Shown here: piece by piece, positions 1 to 10,557 of the stretch
Layout: each line of letters opens with the position of its first letter
Numbering within the stretch: position 1 is the stretch's first letter
From: a virus
Lineage: Duplodnaviria > Caudoviricetes
Reading direction: 5' to 3' (one strand)
Length of the DNA: 39,701 bases
Virus record (IMG/VR): IMGVR_UViG_3300030231_000303
Coordinates: 1-39,701 of that record
The notes under the pieces: model-generated
The model's input: only the letters and a program-made list of their open reading frames with translations
Database searches by the model: none
What the model was told of the DNA's origin: nothing
Translations under genes and position numbers: made by a program

Positions 1-554
1 ACGTCAGAGACATTGAGGACATCTAAATCTGTCTGACCATCTACATCTAATGCACCATTAGCATCTATATTACCTGTAAATGTTGATATACCTGCTACTT
101 CTAAATTTCTAGAGACATCTGAATCTACAGTTGTTGCTCTTACAGTGGTATTAGTGGAACCTGTTACAGTAAGAACTGCACTATCAAATGTTAGATTAGC
201 ATCATCTTCTAGTTCTCCACCAGTACCTGCGATAATAATTCTATTATTTGTTAGGTCGCTAATTTTAGCAGATGCTGCCTCTATAGCATTACCATCTACT
301 TTGACTAGTCCAGAAAATGTAGTTAAACCTGCTACATCTAAATTTCTACTGACAATTAAGTCTTTTGCAGTTGATATTCCAGTAATCTTAGAGTTTACCG
401 CAGTCATCTCGTCAAATCCGAGATCTCCAGTAATATCTAACTTACCTAAAATAAAAACATCTGAAGCAAAGGTAGAGATGCCAGCGTGGGTACTAACCCC
501 AGAAATTGTTTGTTGCAGCCCACCAACCTTAGCTAACTCTCTAGCTCTTGACAT
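1..554 (-). CDS. Tail fibre-like virion protein, N-terminal part (runs off the window start)
   Basis: Not in the ORF track; read by hand from ATG at 554: MSRARELAKVGGLQQTISGVSTHAGISTFASDVFILGKLDITGDLGFDEMTAVNSKITGISTAKD... The frame is open to base 1. It has GIST/AGISTF repeats typical of cyanomyovirus fibres and a TATAAATA late promoter just upstream (586-593). Confidence 0.75.
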   Translation of the reverse strand, partial: MSRARELAKVGGLQQTISGVSTHAGISTFASDVFILGKLDITGDLGFDEMTAVNSKITGISTAKDLIVSRNLDVAGLTTFSGLVKVDGNAIEAASAKISDLTNNRIIIAGTGGELEDDANLTFDSAVLTVTGSTNTTVRATTVDSDVSRNLEVAGISTFTGNIDANGALDVDGQTDLDVLNVSD

Positions 555-585
555 AACGTTCCACTATTAGAAATCCTATCCTTTG

Positions 586-593
586 TATTTATA
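586..593 (-). promoter_or_regulatory. T4-type late promoter TATAAATA
   Basis: Exact TATAAATA on the - strand, overlapping the stop of 589..2421 and ~30 nt upstream of the ATG at 554. Confidence 0.7.
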
Positions 594-2421
594 CCTCGGT
601 CAGGTTTATCTTAAATTTCTTACCTGTCCGATTGTTTTTCATGAATATATTTTCATCACCCTCTTGAAGTGTCCAATCACCCCAAGTACCATCTATATCA
701 TTTTGACTACCCTTATTAGAGAAGTGCATATCCATAGTATAGATGTTATTCCATCTTACAGCATTTGATCCAAGGTTATATGTAGAGTGAGCTGATGGAA
801 TTATGTTACCTGCAGCAGTGATGTCAGCAACAGATATTGAGGGTGTACCAGTTAGACCAGTAGCATCTCCAGCAAATGTTGCAGCAGTAAGTGTATTAGT
901 GCTAGGATTATACTGAAGACTAGTATCTGTTCTGATAGCCTCGTTACCAGATAATGAATCTGCGAACGTAATATAATGAGTTGCGTTTGTAGTACTGGTT
1001 TCGGTTAGTGTAACCGTAGTTGCATTCAACGTACCAGTAATAGAACTACCAGGTATATTGGTTAGGGATAAACCTGAACCTGCAAATTCTGTAGCATGTA
1101 ATGTACTATTCTGTGCATCATACCTCAGTGCAGTATTGACCTTAGCTGCATAATCTCCGTTTACATCATTTACAAATACAACGTAGTTTGTAGTATCAGA
1201 TGATTCAGTTGCAACTGTTATGCTGCTTGCTGCTCCAGCAAATACTCCATCAAAAGTAGTAGCAGTTATAATACCAGTAGACTTTACACCATCAACTTGT
1301 AATTGATCGGTTACAACTATTCTTACTGCGTCAAAAATTGATGCAGTTGAGAATCCTACAGAGTATAGATCACCCGTTACCTTACCAGTTACATCACCAG
1401 TTATATTACCAACAAATCCACCTGCAGCAGTTATAATACCAGTAGCATCAACATTATCACTCTTTAGAATGATGGCAGTTGATATCCCAGCTGAATGCAA
1501 CGGACCTTTGAATGACATTGCTGTTACAATGCCAGATGCATTTATAGTACCTGCCTGTAACTGACTTATAGTAGATACACCAGTGGAGTTTATATCTCCA
1601 GTTATATTACCAACTACCCCACCAGTGTGAGTTCCATTACTATTTCCAGTAAGATCACCTGTGACATTACCAGTAACATTACCTGTAAGATTACCAGTAA
1701 CATTACCTGATAATGCTCCTGTAAATACACCTTCGGCAGCACCTAATGTACTAATACCACTAACGTTTAGGTTAGTAAAATTACCTGTTGGTGATATAGA
1801 TGCAATACCTATAGCAGGTTGAGTTATTGTAAGACCAGCACCAATACGTAATGTACTAATCTCTGGGAACGCTGCATTACCTGTGCTATCCTGTGTCTGT
1901 ATCTTACCAGAAGTTTCTGCAAATACGGATACAATACCTGAGTTAGGTTGTCCAACAGGAGACTCTCTAAATGAAAGACCGTAACCTATTTGGAATGTAG
2001 TAACACCTGTTGCTCTAGTAAATCCAGCAATATCTTGACAATCAAATGGTGATCTGTTTAGTGTTATGGTAGCAACACCAATCTCATTACCACTGTAAGT
2101 TTGTTTTGTTTGTACTACGTTGACCTGATTACCAGTAAAGTTAAACTTAGTAACCGAACCAGCGAATCCAGTTGGAGTAACACCCTCAATCTGAACATCT
2201 AAACCATTTATAGTACCTATACCAGTGAAATATTTTTCTTCCCATCTACGAGTTCCGTTGATGTCACCCATCAACATATAATCATTATTACCTGGTAACC
2301 CTAAATTAGGTTCAGTTTCTTCCAGACCAAGAAATGATGGAAAACCATCAGTCTGTTTTCTAAACGTTGATAAACCTGAGTAGCTGGTTACACCAACTCT
2401 GCCTGAAAGAAGTCTTCCCAT
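589..2421 (-). CDS. Tail fibre-like virion structural protein
   Basis: 610 aa, Gly/Thr/Ser-rich, with SGIST/GIITA repeats and a GNVTGNLTGNVTG run. The C-terminus DGTWGDWTLQEGDENIFMKNNRTGKKFKINLTEV resembles cyanophage fibre C-termini. Confidence 0.7.
   Translation of the reverse strand: MGRLLSGRVGVTSYSGLSTFRKQTDGFPSFLGLEETEPNLGLPGNNDYMLMGDINGTRRWEEKYFTGIGTINGLDVQIEGVTPTGFAGSVTKFNFTGNQVNVVQTKQTYSGNEIGVATITLNRSPFDCQDIAGFTRATGVTTFQIGYGLSFRESPVGQPNSGIVSVFAETSGKIQTQDSTGNAAFPEISTLRIGAGLTITQPAIGIASISPTGNFTNLNVSGISTLGAAEGVFTGALSGNVTGNLTGNVTGNVTGDLTGNSNGTHTGGVVGNITGDINSTGVSTISQLQAGTINASGIVTAMSFKGPLHSAGISTAIILKSDNVDATGIITAAGGFVGNITGDVTGKVTGDLYSVGFSTASIFDAVRIVVTDQLQVDGVKSTGIITATTFDGVFAGAASSITVATESSDTTNYVVFVNDVNGDYAAKVNTALRYDAQNSTLHATEFAGSGLSLTNIPGSSITGTLNATTVTLTETSTTNATHYITFADSLSGNEAIRTDTSLQYNPSTNTLTAATFAGDATGLTGTPSISVADITAAGNIIPSAHSTYNLGSNAVRWNNIYTMDMHFSNKGSQNDIDGTWGDWTLQEGDENIFMKNNRTGKKFKINLTEV
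1590..1730 (-). repeat. Coding 12-nt (tetrapeptide G-N/D-V/L-T) tandem repeat
   Basis: Protein GALSGNVTGNLTGNVTGNVTGDLTG; the DNA shows degenerate repeats of acattaccagta/acattacctgta. Confidence 0.7.
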
Positions 2422-2759
2422 TACTTAGCGTTCTCCAGTATACTAACTATGCATTTCTGAGTATTAGCAACATCTCCTGAAATTTTTAGGATATCGCCTG
2501 GTTCTAGTGCTAATCTACCCTCAATGAATGTCATTGAGTCTTGATGTGGGATCCTACCAAGTTGTACGATAGGAGTGTCAACTGAATCTCTACTTAGAGA
2601 AGCAGTGAATGCAGTCACCGAAGATGATGCACCGACGTTAGCTACATTACCATAGATGACCAATGCAGAAACCCCTGCAGGACATGTATAGATTCCAACC
2701 GCACTAGTGGTTAGAGTGTGTGTAACAGTCTTGAATTGATTTGTTGGAGCGGCTGCCAT
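2421..2759 (-). CDS. Small virion structural protein (beta-rich)
   Basis: 112 aa ORF translationally coupled (TAATG) to the fibre gene; YTCPAGVSALV...L.LEPGD.L pattern of small cyanophage fibre-associated proteins. Confidence 0.6.
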   Translation of the reverse strand: MAAAPTNQFKTVTHTLTTSAVGIYTCPAGVSALVIYGNVANVGASSSVTAFTASLSRDSVDTPIVQLGRIPHQDSMTFIEGRLALEPGDILKISGDVANTQKCIVSILENAK

Positions 2760-2760
2760 T

Positions 2761-4785
2761 TTATAAATTGCCTCCTAATGCTATTAATAGTGGTGTGAGA
2801 GTTGACTGTACGTTTTTATCAAAAGTGTCACCTGTAATCTTACCTGTTTGTTGGTTGACTACAAAGTTATCACCTAACTTTAGATTACCTTTCTCATCAA
2901 CTGATGAGTAGATAATTTTACCTCCTTGTTCTGATACAGTTTGGTTCTCAGGAACTGAGACACCTCCTTTTATAGGACGGGCGGTATCAATTGCTATGCC
3001 AGATCCAACATGTTCAAAAACATATGATGAAGCGTTGATAAATGATTGTTTAGCAAATGGAACTGTTGATCCTATTCCTACAGTTGCAGGTACAGACTTA
3101 TCGAGAGTAATTGTCGATATGCCAGATACAACAGGGGTCGCACTATTTATAGTATGATAAGTAGGCGATAATGAAGCGGTTGCAGTAGCTGTGACCCCCG
3201 ACGAAGGAGCTGATATAGTCACAGCTGGTGCAGACCGATATTGTGATCCTTTACCCGTAATATTTACCGAGGTAATAGAACCAAATCCGCTTATAACAGC
3301 ACTACCTTCAGCAGTTATACCATTAGTCCCAGACGGATCACCAAAAGTTACAGTTGGTGGATTCGTCGCAGTATATCCTGATCCAGCAGCAGTTATAGAA
3401 ATACTTGTTACTTCATTGAACAACTCACCCAAATACAAGACCTGTCCAGAGTAAGGTCTAATGGTTAGGTTAGCAACATTGACTATGTTATTGTCAGTTG
3501 ATACAGTGGCAGTAAGAATACCTGATTGATGTACAGTACCTACCCCAGAAGAGATAAGACCAAAAGTACCAAAAGATGCTTCAGAACTGTGAACGTCTGC
3601 AGTTGCACCTGTGACACAAGTAACAGCAGCCTCGTTACAAATGCTGTAAATTGAATTGAGTTGTGCGTGACCATCATTTGAAACTGTAACACCTATACCA
3701 CCCTGATTGTACATTGTGTATGAATCAGCAGTGATAGATTTCTCACCCTCTGCATGATTACCATCTACCTTCAATCCAACACTGTTAGGAACATAGTTAG
3801 TACAATTTCTAACCAGTGGAGACTGAGTTACAATACCGACTCCAGATGGGGCAAAGCAAACCATTGAACCAGTGCTCGCAGCACCGATGAATGATAGGTT
3901 CTGTATCATAGAACCATTCTTTAGTTCAAATAAATCTGCCCCTGCATTTGATGGAACTACCTGAGTATTGTTCAGTTCATCTCCATCAATTGTGACGTTT
4001 GCTGGCACTGTTACAGGATTATTCTCAGTGTATATACCACTAGCAACCCGTATGACATTACCTGCAGCAGCAATTGCTGTAGCACCCTCAATAGTGCGTT
4101 TTGCTGCTCCTTCTGTCAATCCATCATTAGTATTGTTACCACTCTCATTCACATATATGATATTGTTTATCTGACTACCAGTATTTCTGACCCAAATAAG
4201 TTCTCCATTAGCATCAGCAGAAAGAATAGATGCTGCAACACCGACAGTTGCATTACTATCTAAGAATGTACCACCTATCTGAACATAACCATTAGAAGTA
4301 TCACTACCATTACGTGCTACTTGCAATAAGTACTCTGGAAGTGTACTACCAATACCTACTCGTTTGTTGGTAGGATCAAATACAAAATTGTTTGCACCAC
4401 CAAATTTACTGTCAGTTTTCTTATACTGTACAGAATTTGTTCCATCTTTTGCATTCTGGAAATCATCTGTCCATGATATACCAGTACCAACAGTTATCAG
4501 TACCTCATTATTACTTCCATTACTATTATTTGAATCGTAAACTGCACCAGTAAATCTTGCAGTACCAACAACATCAAGATTTCTCTGAGGTTGTGTACTG
4601 GCTATACCGACATTAGCCGCTGCCACTATGCCATCAAAATTTGATGTAGTTGCTGCTACATCAAGTCCATAGGTAGGATTAGTTTTACCTACGCCTGTTA
4701 GGTTATTATCAGCATCAACAACTAATGCGTCAGTGCCGACCTCTAAACCTTTTTCTACAGCAAACTTTCTATTTACTGAAGCCAT
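2761..4785 (-). CDS. Virion structural / tail fibre protein with probable beta-helix region
   Basis: 674 aa with RVGIGST-P fibre repeats, an IIYVNESGNNTNDG...KRTI (DUF1565/pectin-lyase-like start) motif and GSGYT..PTVT repeats. ATAAATA lies upstream at 4810-4816. Confidence 0.7.
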   Translation of the reverse strand: MASVNRKFAVEKGLEVGTDALVVDADNNLTGVGKTNPTYGLDVAATTSNFDGIVAAANVGIASTQPQRNLDVVGTARFTGAVYDSNNSNGSNNEVLITVGTGISWTDDFQNAKDGTNSVQYKKTDSKFGGANNFVFDPTNKRVGIGSTLPEYLLQVARNGSDTSNGYVQIGGTFLDSNATVGVAASILSADANGELIWVRNTGSQINNIIYVNESGNNTNDGLTEGAAKRTIEGATAIAAAGNVIRVASGIYTENNPVTVPANVTIDGDELNNTQVVPSNAGADLFELKNGSMIQNLSFIGAASTGSMVCFAPSGVGIVTQSPLVRNCTNYVPNSVGLKVDGNHAEGEKSITADSYTMYNQGGIGVTVSNDGHAQLNSIYSICNEAAVTCVTGATADVHSSEASFGTFGLISSGVGTVHQSGILTATVSTDNNIVNVANLTIRPYSGQVLYLGELFNEVTSISITAAGSGYTATNPPTVTFGDPSGTNGITAEGSAVISGFGSITSVNITGKGSQYRSAPAVTISAPSSGVTATATASLSPTYHTINSATPVVSGISTITLDKSVPATVGIGSTVPFAKQSFINASSYVFEHVGSGIAIDTARPIKGGVSVPENQTVSEQGGKIIYSSVDEKGNLKLGDNFVVNQQTGKITGDTFDKNVQSTLTPLLIALGGNL

Positions 4786-4809
4786 CTACTATCTACTCCT
4801 TCGTAAGTG

Positions 4810-4816
4810 TATTTAT
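4810..4816 (-). promoter_or_regulatory. Late promoter-like ATAAATA
   Basis: ATAAATA overlapping the TGA of 4816..10497, upstream of a GAAGGAG RBS and the ATG at 4785. Confidence 0.55.
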
Positions 4817-7800
4817 CAACTGATACGCATAATAAAGGCAAGGGCATAAAATGGTGGGAGATTCTTATTGGTTGCACTTGAACCTAGAGTGTCCGTAGAT
4901 GCTGTAACTCCTATGCCAGTTGTTTGAGATGCATTTGTTATACTTACACCTGCGTCAGCAGAAGCGTTAGTAATAGTAACATTTGCATTATTAGTATTAG
5001 CAAAGGAACTGACAACTGTTTCATCAGTAAAGGAAGAACTTATGCCAGAAGTAGTTCCTGATTGAACATCATTACCAACGTTTGATGCACCACCAGAAGT
5101 AGTAACACTTTCGTTACCATCGGATGCACTATAGGTATGACTATGATCAAATTCGTGCTCGTGAGCAGCGTTGGTAACACTGTGACTGTGATCACCATCA
5201 CCTAACGTGTTAGCGTGAGTATGTACACCACCTGATATGGTGCTAGAGTGAGTGTGACCAGTATCACTAACAAATGTAGAGACTGTGTGCTCATGTGATA
5301 CTAGAGTAGCATCTGTTTGACCACCTGTCTGACCTGAAGAGTAAGCGTTTCCACGAGTAACAATAAATCTGTCAATAAGATTTGGTGTACCTGCAGTACC
5401 ATCACACAAGTTCCAGTTAGCTGGTATAGCACCATCCAAACCAGACCACATTATAATACCACCAACAGGTATTATACCATTACCAACAAAGGCAGTTGCA
5501 GTACAAACACCCGAAGAGTTTAGTCCCCCACCAAAGGTAGAATTACCTCCAGTGTAGGCATCACCTGTGATTGAACTTGCTCCACTAACTGTTATATTGT
5601 TAGTGACTGCTGCTGTGTGTACAGTTAGAGTAGAACCAGACCATGTGAAACTTGAACTATCTTGTAGTTCACCATCTGTTCCAATTAGAGCTAAACGGTT
5701 AGGATTGAGATCATCAATCTTTAGACTAGTAATACTTGCGTTACCAGTGACACTAAGAACTTCACCTGAGTCAACAGCAGATTGACCTATTGCAAGTTTC
5801 TCAAATGCATATGCCTCTGCACCATTCTCAGTAGAAATAGGTCCAAATTGCTGCCATCTATTTGTTCCAACGCCTGAAGTTCTAACCCATCCAATATATC
5901 CACCAGGATCGTGAGTAGTCTTGAATAATATGTTATCTTGCTGATTAGCAACAGTTGGTTCTGATCCCTGAATACCCAAGAACAAGACACCTTTTGTTCC
6001 CTGTCTATTACCTCTTAGTTTTATATCAAGAACATCAGTATTCTTATTACTATAAAGGTTCTCGTTGACAGATAAATCGTCAGCAGTCAGAGAATTCAGC
6101 AGGAGAGATTTAGGAAGAGAAGATCCAGTTGGTGCTGTATCAAACTCATCTATAGTACTACTACTCTCACCAGTAACAGCATCAGTCTTTCTACGTCCAA
6201 CATAGAATTCACCTTTGTCGTTCATACCAGTGTAAACAACAAGTCCACCTCTAGTTTGAGTAGATTGTGATGCTAATTGTTGTTTGTCTGTAAGTATTCT
6301 ATCTTGTGCCGATGGCATTGCAGTAGAATAATTACCTGGTCCATGACCAACATATTCAAACGTATGTCCAGAAGCACGTAGGATAGAATATCTTCTATTC
6401 TCTACAGGTAATACTTTTATTCTAATAGCAGCAACATTCTTATCATGATTTGTTGCGTTAGTTCCTAGGACACCTCTGATTATAGAATTACGATCTTTAT
6501 TTGATATTCTTACTATCTCATCTTCAATCTGAAGATAATCTCCTCTACGTAATAGATTATTCTCTAAAAGTGATATTGATGATGTAGTTGTAGTAAGACC
6601 TGTAGTTAGAGGTGTTGTAACTCCATCATATATTGGGATGGTCTGATTGTTACCTCTTGCAGAAATACCCGTGCCATGAGCATATGCAGTAGCACCGCTA
6701 AATGTAGGAGTACTACCAAGAGCACCCATGCTTACATTTACGGAAGAACCATAACCGATTCTATCTGTAATAAAGTGAGTGCCATTGAATTCTGTATTAG
6801 CATCATTGATTACAATCTGATCACCACGCCTCAAACCAATGTCAGAATGTAATGTAACTGTTGCTATACCACTAACAGCATCGTATGTTATATTGTTTAT
6901 ACCAGTTGTTACACCAACATGGTACATGAAACCACCACTGCTCGTATCGCTTGCAGTTCCTGAATAAGTTATTCTTTGTGGTTCACTGATAGAAGTAATT
7001 CTATGCAATCCATTATATTGATCACTTCCTACACCAACTACTTGAACTATATCACCGACATTATTATTGATAGCGTCTATTCTAACAGTTGCATCACTTC
7101 CTGAAGCAGAGAAAGGAACTCCTCGAACAGTAACAACATCATTTACTGTGTAACCAGATCCATGATTGTTTACAACAAGACTGGATATAACACCACTAGA
7201 GTTGACTGTAACATCAGCAGTAGCACCTTTACCTGTTCCGCCAGTTAGATCAACGTTGAACCATGAAGTAGATATTACATAATTACTACCACCGTTCAAA
7301 TCAGTAACTGTAAGTATGGAATTCAATCCATGCTCAACACCACCATCTAAACTCAAATTAGATCCTGAAACTAATGCACCTGTTACACCAACACCAATAT
7401 TACTCTTCTCTATGAAAGAATCAATTCCTTCTCTTGATATACTATTAGAAGAATCGTTAGTGCATACTATACCAATATCATTTCTCTTAGCATAAGAGAT
7501 CGCAGCTTGAGGATCTACAACAGGATTGTCTATATCAATCTTTGGTCGTAAATCATTTACATCTTGTGGGAAGAAGTTAGATGCAGTAGAGAATGGTGAT
7601 ATTGAAGGTTGTGCAACATATGATAAGACTGTTAGATCATAAACACCATCTTGAATATTTCTCTTATACTCCTGTATCTCTTCATTAGTATAAATTTGAT
7701 ATGCAGTTCCAAAGTCACGTTTGTTGAAGAATGGTGCAAAAGTTCTACCAGAACCTACAATAGACTGATCATGTAACGTATAAGGTACATTAGTAGTGAT

Positions 7801-10497
7801 TGTAGAAATACCACCTGGATTTGTGTTTATACCAATTCTAAATGTCCTAGCATCATCAATTGCCAACACATCAAATAATCCATTATATCCAGAATTTGCA
7901 GTACCATCAGCATTATTGACACTTCTAAGTCTTCTTATCTCTATACCTTGTCCTACAGATAGTCTATGTGGGAACTGTGCTGTTATAATACCAGCATTGG
8001 AACCAGAATTCCAAGTTGCATCTACAATAAAACTATCAATTTTTAGATTCGATGTAGATGATATAACTGTAGAATCATTCTTATAGTTTGTATCATCAGG
8101 GAATGATCCAGACTCAGCAATAGAGAATCCGTTAGTTGGTGGTGATGCAACTGTTGCATCATCAGGAACTACATAGCGAACTCTATAAATTTTTTCTAAA
8201 TCTTTTCTATTATCACTCTGTCTTTGTACAAATGTATTGACTGTTCTTGGAGTTATCTTAGTTTGATTAGATACTATAGCAGATCTTAGTGTATTTGCTG
8301 CTCCAACATTTATATACCAACCAGTTCCTGACTCATACTGAACTGGGTGTCCTACATCACCTGGTGCTTTAGATTCTACTGTAGATACAAATCGTAATTT
8401 ACCACCTAAGTTGTTTATACCAGTAAGATTACTTCCAGCAATAGCATTATTGAAAGTAGTAGCAATCTTGATTTGATCTGCATTCAAACCAGCAGTTACA
8501 GTATAATAATCTCTACCATACTCAATACCATCAGGTAAAGATCCAGTCTCAGAGAATACCCTTACATTTTCACCTGGTAAAAACTTATGTGTATCTTCTA
8601 ACGTGAACGTATTACTGGTAATTGAGTTTATACCAGAGTTGCTACCAACAAATATTTCCTTTTTACCAGATGCCCATGTGTCAGTATTACTGCTTGGACC
8701 TGGCATCAATACATCTGCACCGTAAGTTACATTCTCTATGGTACAGAATAATTTTTCATTTATTTTATTACCTACAACAAATCCACTAGCAGTTTTATTT
8801 GGTAAATTATCTTTCTGAGCGTGTCCAAATAAGAATAACTTAGTGTCTGTAGATACACCAACAGTTTGTTCTACATCAATAGACTGCCAGTTTATATCAT
8901 CTACATTTGATATGATTCTTTTTGGTGGTACAATACTAGTGATAAAACCTTTATCATCTTTAGTAAATGCTTCTTTTCTAAATCCATCAGATTCAAGTGC
9001 TTTAGCACCAAAATTGGAGTTAGAGTTGGTGATAGACATATCACCACCAGCAGTGGACTTGAAGTGCTGACCATATCCAATGGCAAACACAGAAACCAAC
9101 TGCATTACAGCATTATTAGATGCCTTTATATGATAATGCTCAAATTCAGGTTTATATCTTGCTAAACTATCAGTATGTAATGTTGTAGTTGTTCCTAATG
9201 TTGCCTGATCTTCATAAGCACCAGAAGTTGTATTATACTTTACGAAAGCGTTATCGTCTTTCTGAAGAGATATCCCAGTAAACTGGGCAACAAGCATCGA
9301 CTTGAATCCAGTTGCTTTATCACCGTCACAATGCAAACCACATAAACCAAATACTGATCTAAGAGAACAGTTGAAGACATATGGTGAAGAAGACGTTACA
9401 GTATCACTCTCTATTGTGACTATAGGAGTCAATCCACTAAGACTTGGAGTTGCTGTACTCGTAGGAGTGCTCGCAACAGTATAGCTAAACTGAGTATCAC
9501 TTACTACTTGTGATACAATATGACTACCATCATACTCAGCATTGTTCACACCAAATATCAATATGGGTGTGCCTACTGCAAGACGGTGATTAGTTTTTGT
9601 CTTGACAGTAACAATAGATGTTGCAGTAGTTGCTGATGGATCGATACCAGAATAGATATCTTCAAGTTCAACATCACCAATTTGTGATATAGCACCAACT
9701 ATTCTATTTTCATCTACTAGTTTCTCAAAGTCATCATTAGTAGGATAAGAGGGTAGTGCTCTACCACTATTAGTTCCGTATGCAAGCGTTAGCTTTGCAT
9801 AGTACATATCAAGATCAGTATTTCCCTTACCAGCAACTGTATTATTACCATCTGCATATTCAAATACAGTTAGTTTATGGTGTGAGAAATTAGGTGCATA
9901 AACATTCTCAGTAAAATCTTTGAACGTTCTATCAGAACCTTCTCCATCAAAGATACTAAATCCATAGAAGAAACAAGCACCTGTTACCCTAAAGATAGCA
10001 GAACTTGGTATTGCATCATTCTGAGGATCGGGAATATATTTTGGTCTTATCTTTGTTTTTCTTATATCTTGTCCAACGAGTGATGTGCCTCTTGGCATTA
10101 TCACACCACCATGAATTGAATTATAATGGTATAATACGTTATCTACGTTATGAACATCAAAATTGGTTCCTATTCCATATTCAGTTATACTTTTAGATGT
10201 TCCATTTATATCAGTTATATTTCCATCGCTGTCTATTTGATAACCAGGTCTATTATCAACATAATGTACACCAGGTGATACTACAATAGTTGTTTTATCA
10301 AATTTATCGTTATCCTTTCCTAATTGATATGAAAATCGAGCAGACTCAATAAGTGCTCTTTGTATCGTTTTGAACGGACGAGTTCTTGAATTACCAGTGT
10401 TACTGATATCATCCGTTGCATCAAGTTCTTCAGGGTTTACGTATATTACGTTACCCTGAACATTCTTTAGAAAATTTTCAAGTCTGCTTAGTGGCAT
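4816..10497 (-). CDS. Large virion structural protein / tail fibre with C-terminal tail-collar domain and HxH-rich tip
   Basis: 1893 aa. The MPLSRLENFLKN N-terminus is typical of large cyanomyovirus structural proteins. The C-terminus has a collar-like IPVGGIIMWSG...W.LCDG..GTPNL.DRFI motif, six HxH motifs and an NLPPFYALAFIMRI ending. Confidence 0.75.
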   Translation of the reverse strand: MPLSRLENFLKNVQGNVIYVNPEELDATDDISNTGNSRTRPFKTIQRALIESARFSYQLGKDNDKFDKTTIVVSPGVHYVDNRPGYQIDSDGNITDINGTSKSITEYGIGTNFDVHNVDNVLYHYNSIHGGVIMPRGTSLVGQDIRKTKIRPKYIPDPQNDAIPSSAIFRVTGACFFYGFSIFDGEGSDRTFKDFTENVYAPNFSHHKLTVFEYADGNNTVAGKGNTDLDMYYAKLTLAYGTNSGRALPSYPTNDDFEKLVDENRIVGAISQIGDVELEDIYSGIDPSATTATSIVTVKTKTNHRLAVGTPILIFGVNNAEYDGSHIVSQVVSDTQFSYTVASTPTSTATPSLSGLTPIVTIESDTVTSSSPYVFNCSLRSVFGLCGLHCDGDKATGFKSMLVAQFTGISLQKDDNAFVKYNTTSGAYEDQATLGTTTTLHTDSLARYKPEFEHYHIKASNNAVMQLVSVFAIGYGQHFKSTAGGDMSITNSNSNFGAKALESDGFRKEAFTKDDKGFITSIVPPKRIISNVDDINWQSIDVEQTVGVSTDTKLFLFGHAQKDNLPNKTASGFVVGNKINEKLFCTIENVTYGADVLMPGPSSNTDTWASGKKEIFVGSNSGINSITSNTFTLEDTHKFLPGENVRVFSETGSLPDGIEYGRDYYTVTAGLNADQIKIATTFNNAIAGSNLTGINNLGGKLRFVSTVESKAPGDVGHPVQYESGTGWYINVGAANTLRSAIVSNQTKITPRTVNTFVQRQSDNRKDLEKIYRVRYVVPDDATVASPPTNGFSIAESGSFPDDTNYKNDSTVISSTSNLKIDSFIVDATWNSGSNAGIITAQFPHRLSVGQGIEIRRLRSVNNADGTANSGYNGLFDVLAIDDARTFRIGINTNPGGISTITTNVPYTLHDQSIVGSGRTFAPFFNKRDFGTAYQIYTNEEIQEYKRNIQDGVYDLTVLSYVAQPSISPFSTASNFFPQDVNDLRPKIDIDNPVVDPQAAISYAKRNDIGIVCTNDSSNSISREGIDSFIEKSNIGVGVTGALVSGSNLSLDGGVEHGLNSILTVTDLNGGSNYVISTSWFNVDLTGGTGKGATADVTVNSSGVISSLVVNNHGSGYTVNDVVTVRGVPFSASGSDATVRIDAINNNVGDIVQVVGVGSDQYNGLHRITSISEPQRITYSGTASDTSSGGFMYHVGVTTGINNITYDAVSGIATVTLHSDIGLRRGDQIVINDANTEFNGTHFITDRIGYGSSVNVSMGALGSTPTFSGATAYAHGTGISARGNNQTIPIYDGVTTPLTTGLTTTTSSISLLENNLLRRGDYLQIEDEIVRISNKDRNSIIRGVLGTNATNHDKNVAAIRIKVLPVENRRYSILRASGHTFEYVGHGPGNYSTAMPSAQDRILTDKQQLASQSTQTRGGLVVYTGMNDKGEFYVGRRKTDAVTGESSSTIDEFDTAPTGSSLPKSLLLNSLTADDLSVNENLYSNKNTDVLDIKLRGNRQGTKGVLFLGIQGSEPTVANQQDNILFKTTHDPGGYIGWVRTSGVGTNRWQQFGPISTENGAEAYAFEKLAIGQSAVDSGEVLSVTGNASITSLKIDDLNPNRLALIGTDGELQDSSSFTWSGSTLTVHTAAVTNNITVSGASSITGDAYTGGNSTFGGGLNSSGVCTATAFVGNGIIPVGGIIMWSGLDGAIPANWNLCDGTAGTPNLIDRFIVTRGNAYSSGQTGGQTDATLVSHEHTVSTFVSDTGHTHSSTISGGVHTHANTLGDGDHSHSVTNAAHEHEFDHSHTYSASDGNESVTTSGGASNVGNDVQSGTTSGISSSFTDETVVSSFANTNNANVTITNASADAGVSITNASQTTGIGVTASTDTLGSSATNKNLPPFYALAFIMRIS

Positions 10498-10529
10498 TAC
10501 TTATTAATCCCGACACCATTCCTTCAACT

Positions 10530-10537
10530 TATTTATA
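10530..10537 (-). promoter_or_regulatory. T4-type late promoter TATAAATA
   Basis: Exact TATAAATA ~30 nt upstream of the ATG at 10497. Confidence 0.7.
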
Positions 10538-10557
10538 CCCTATCAAATTCGGGGTAT

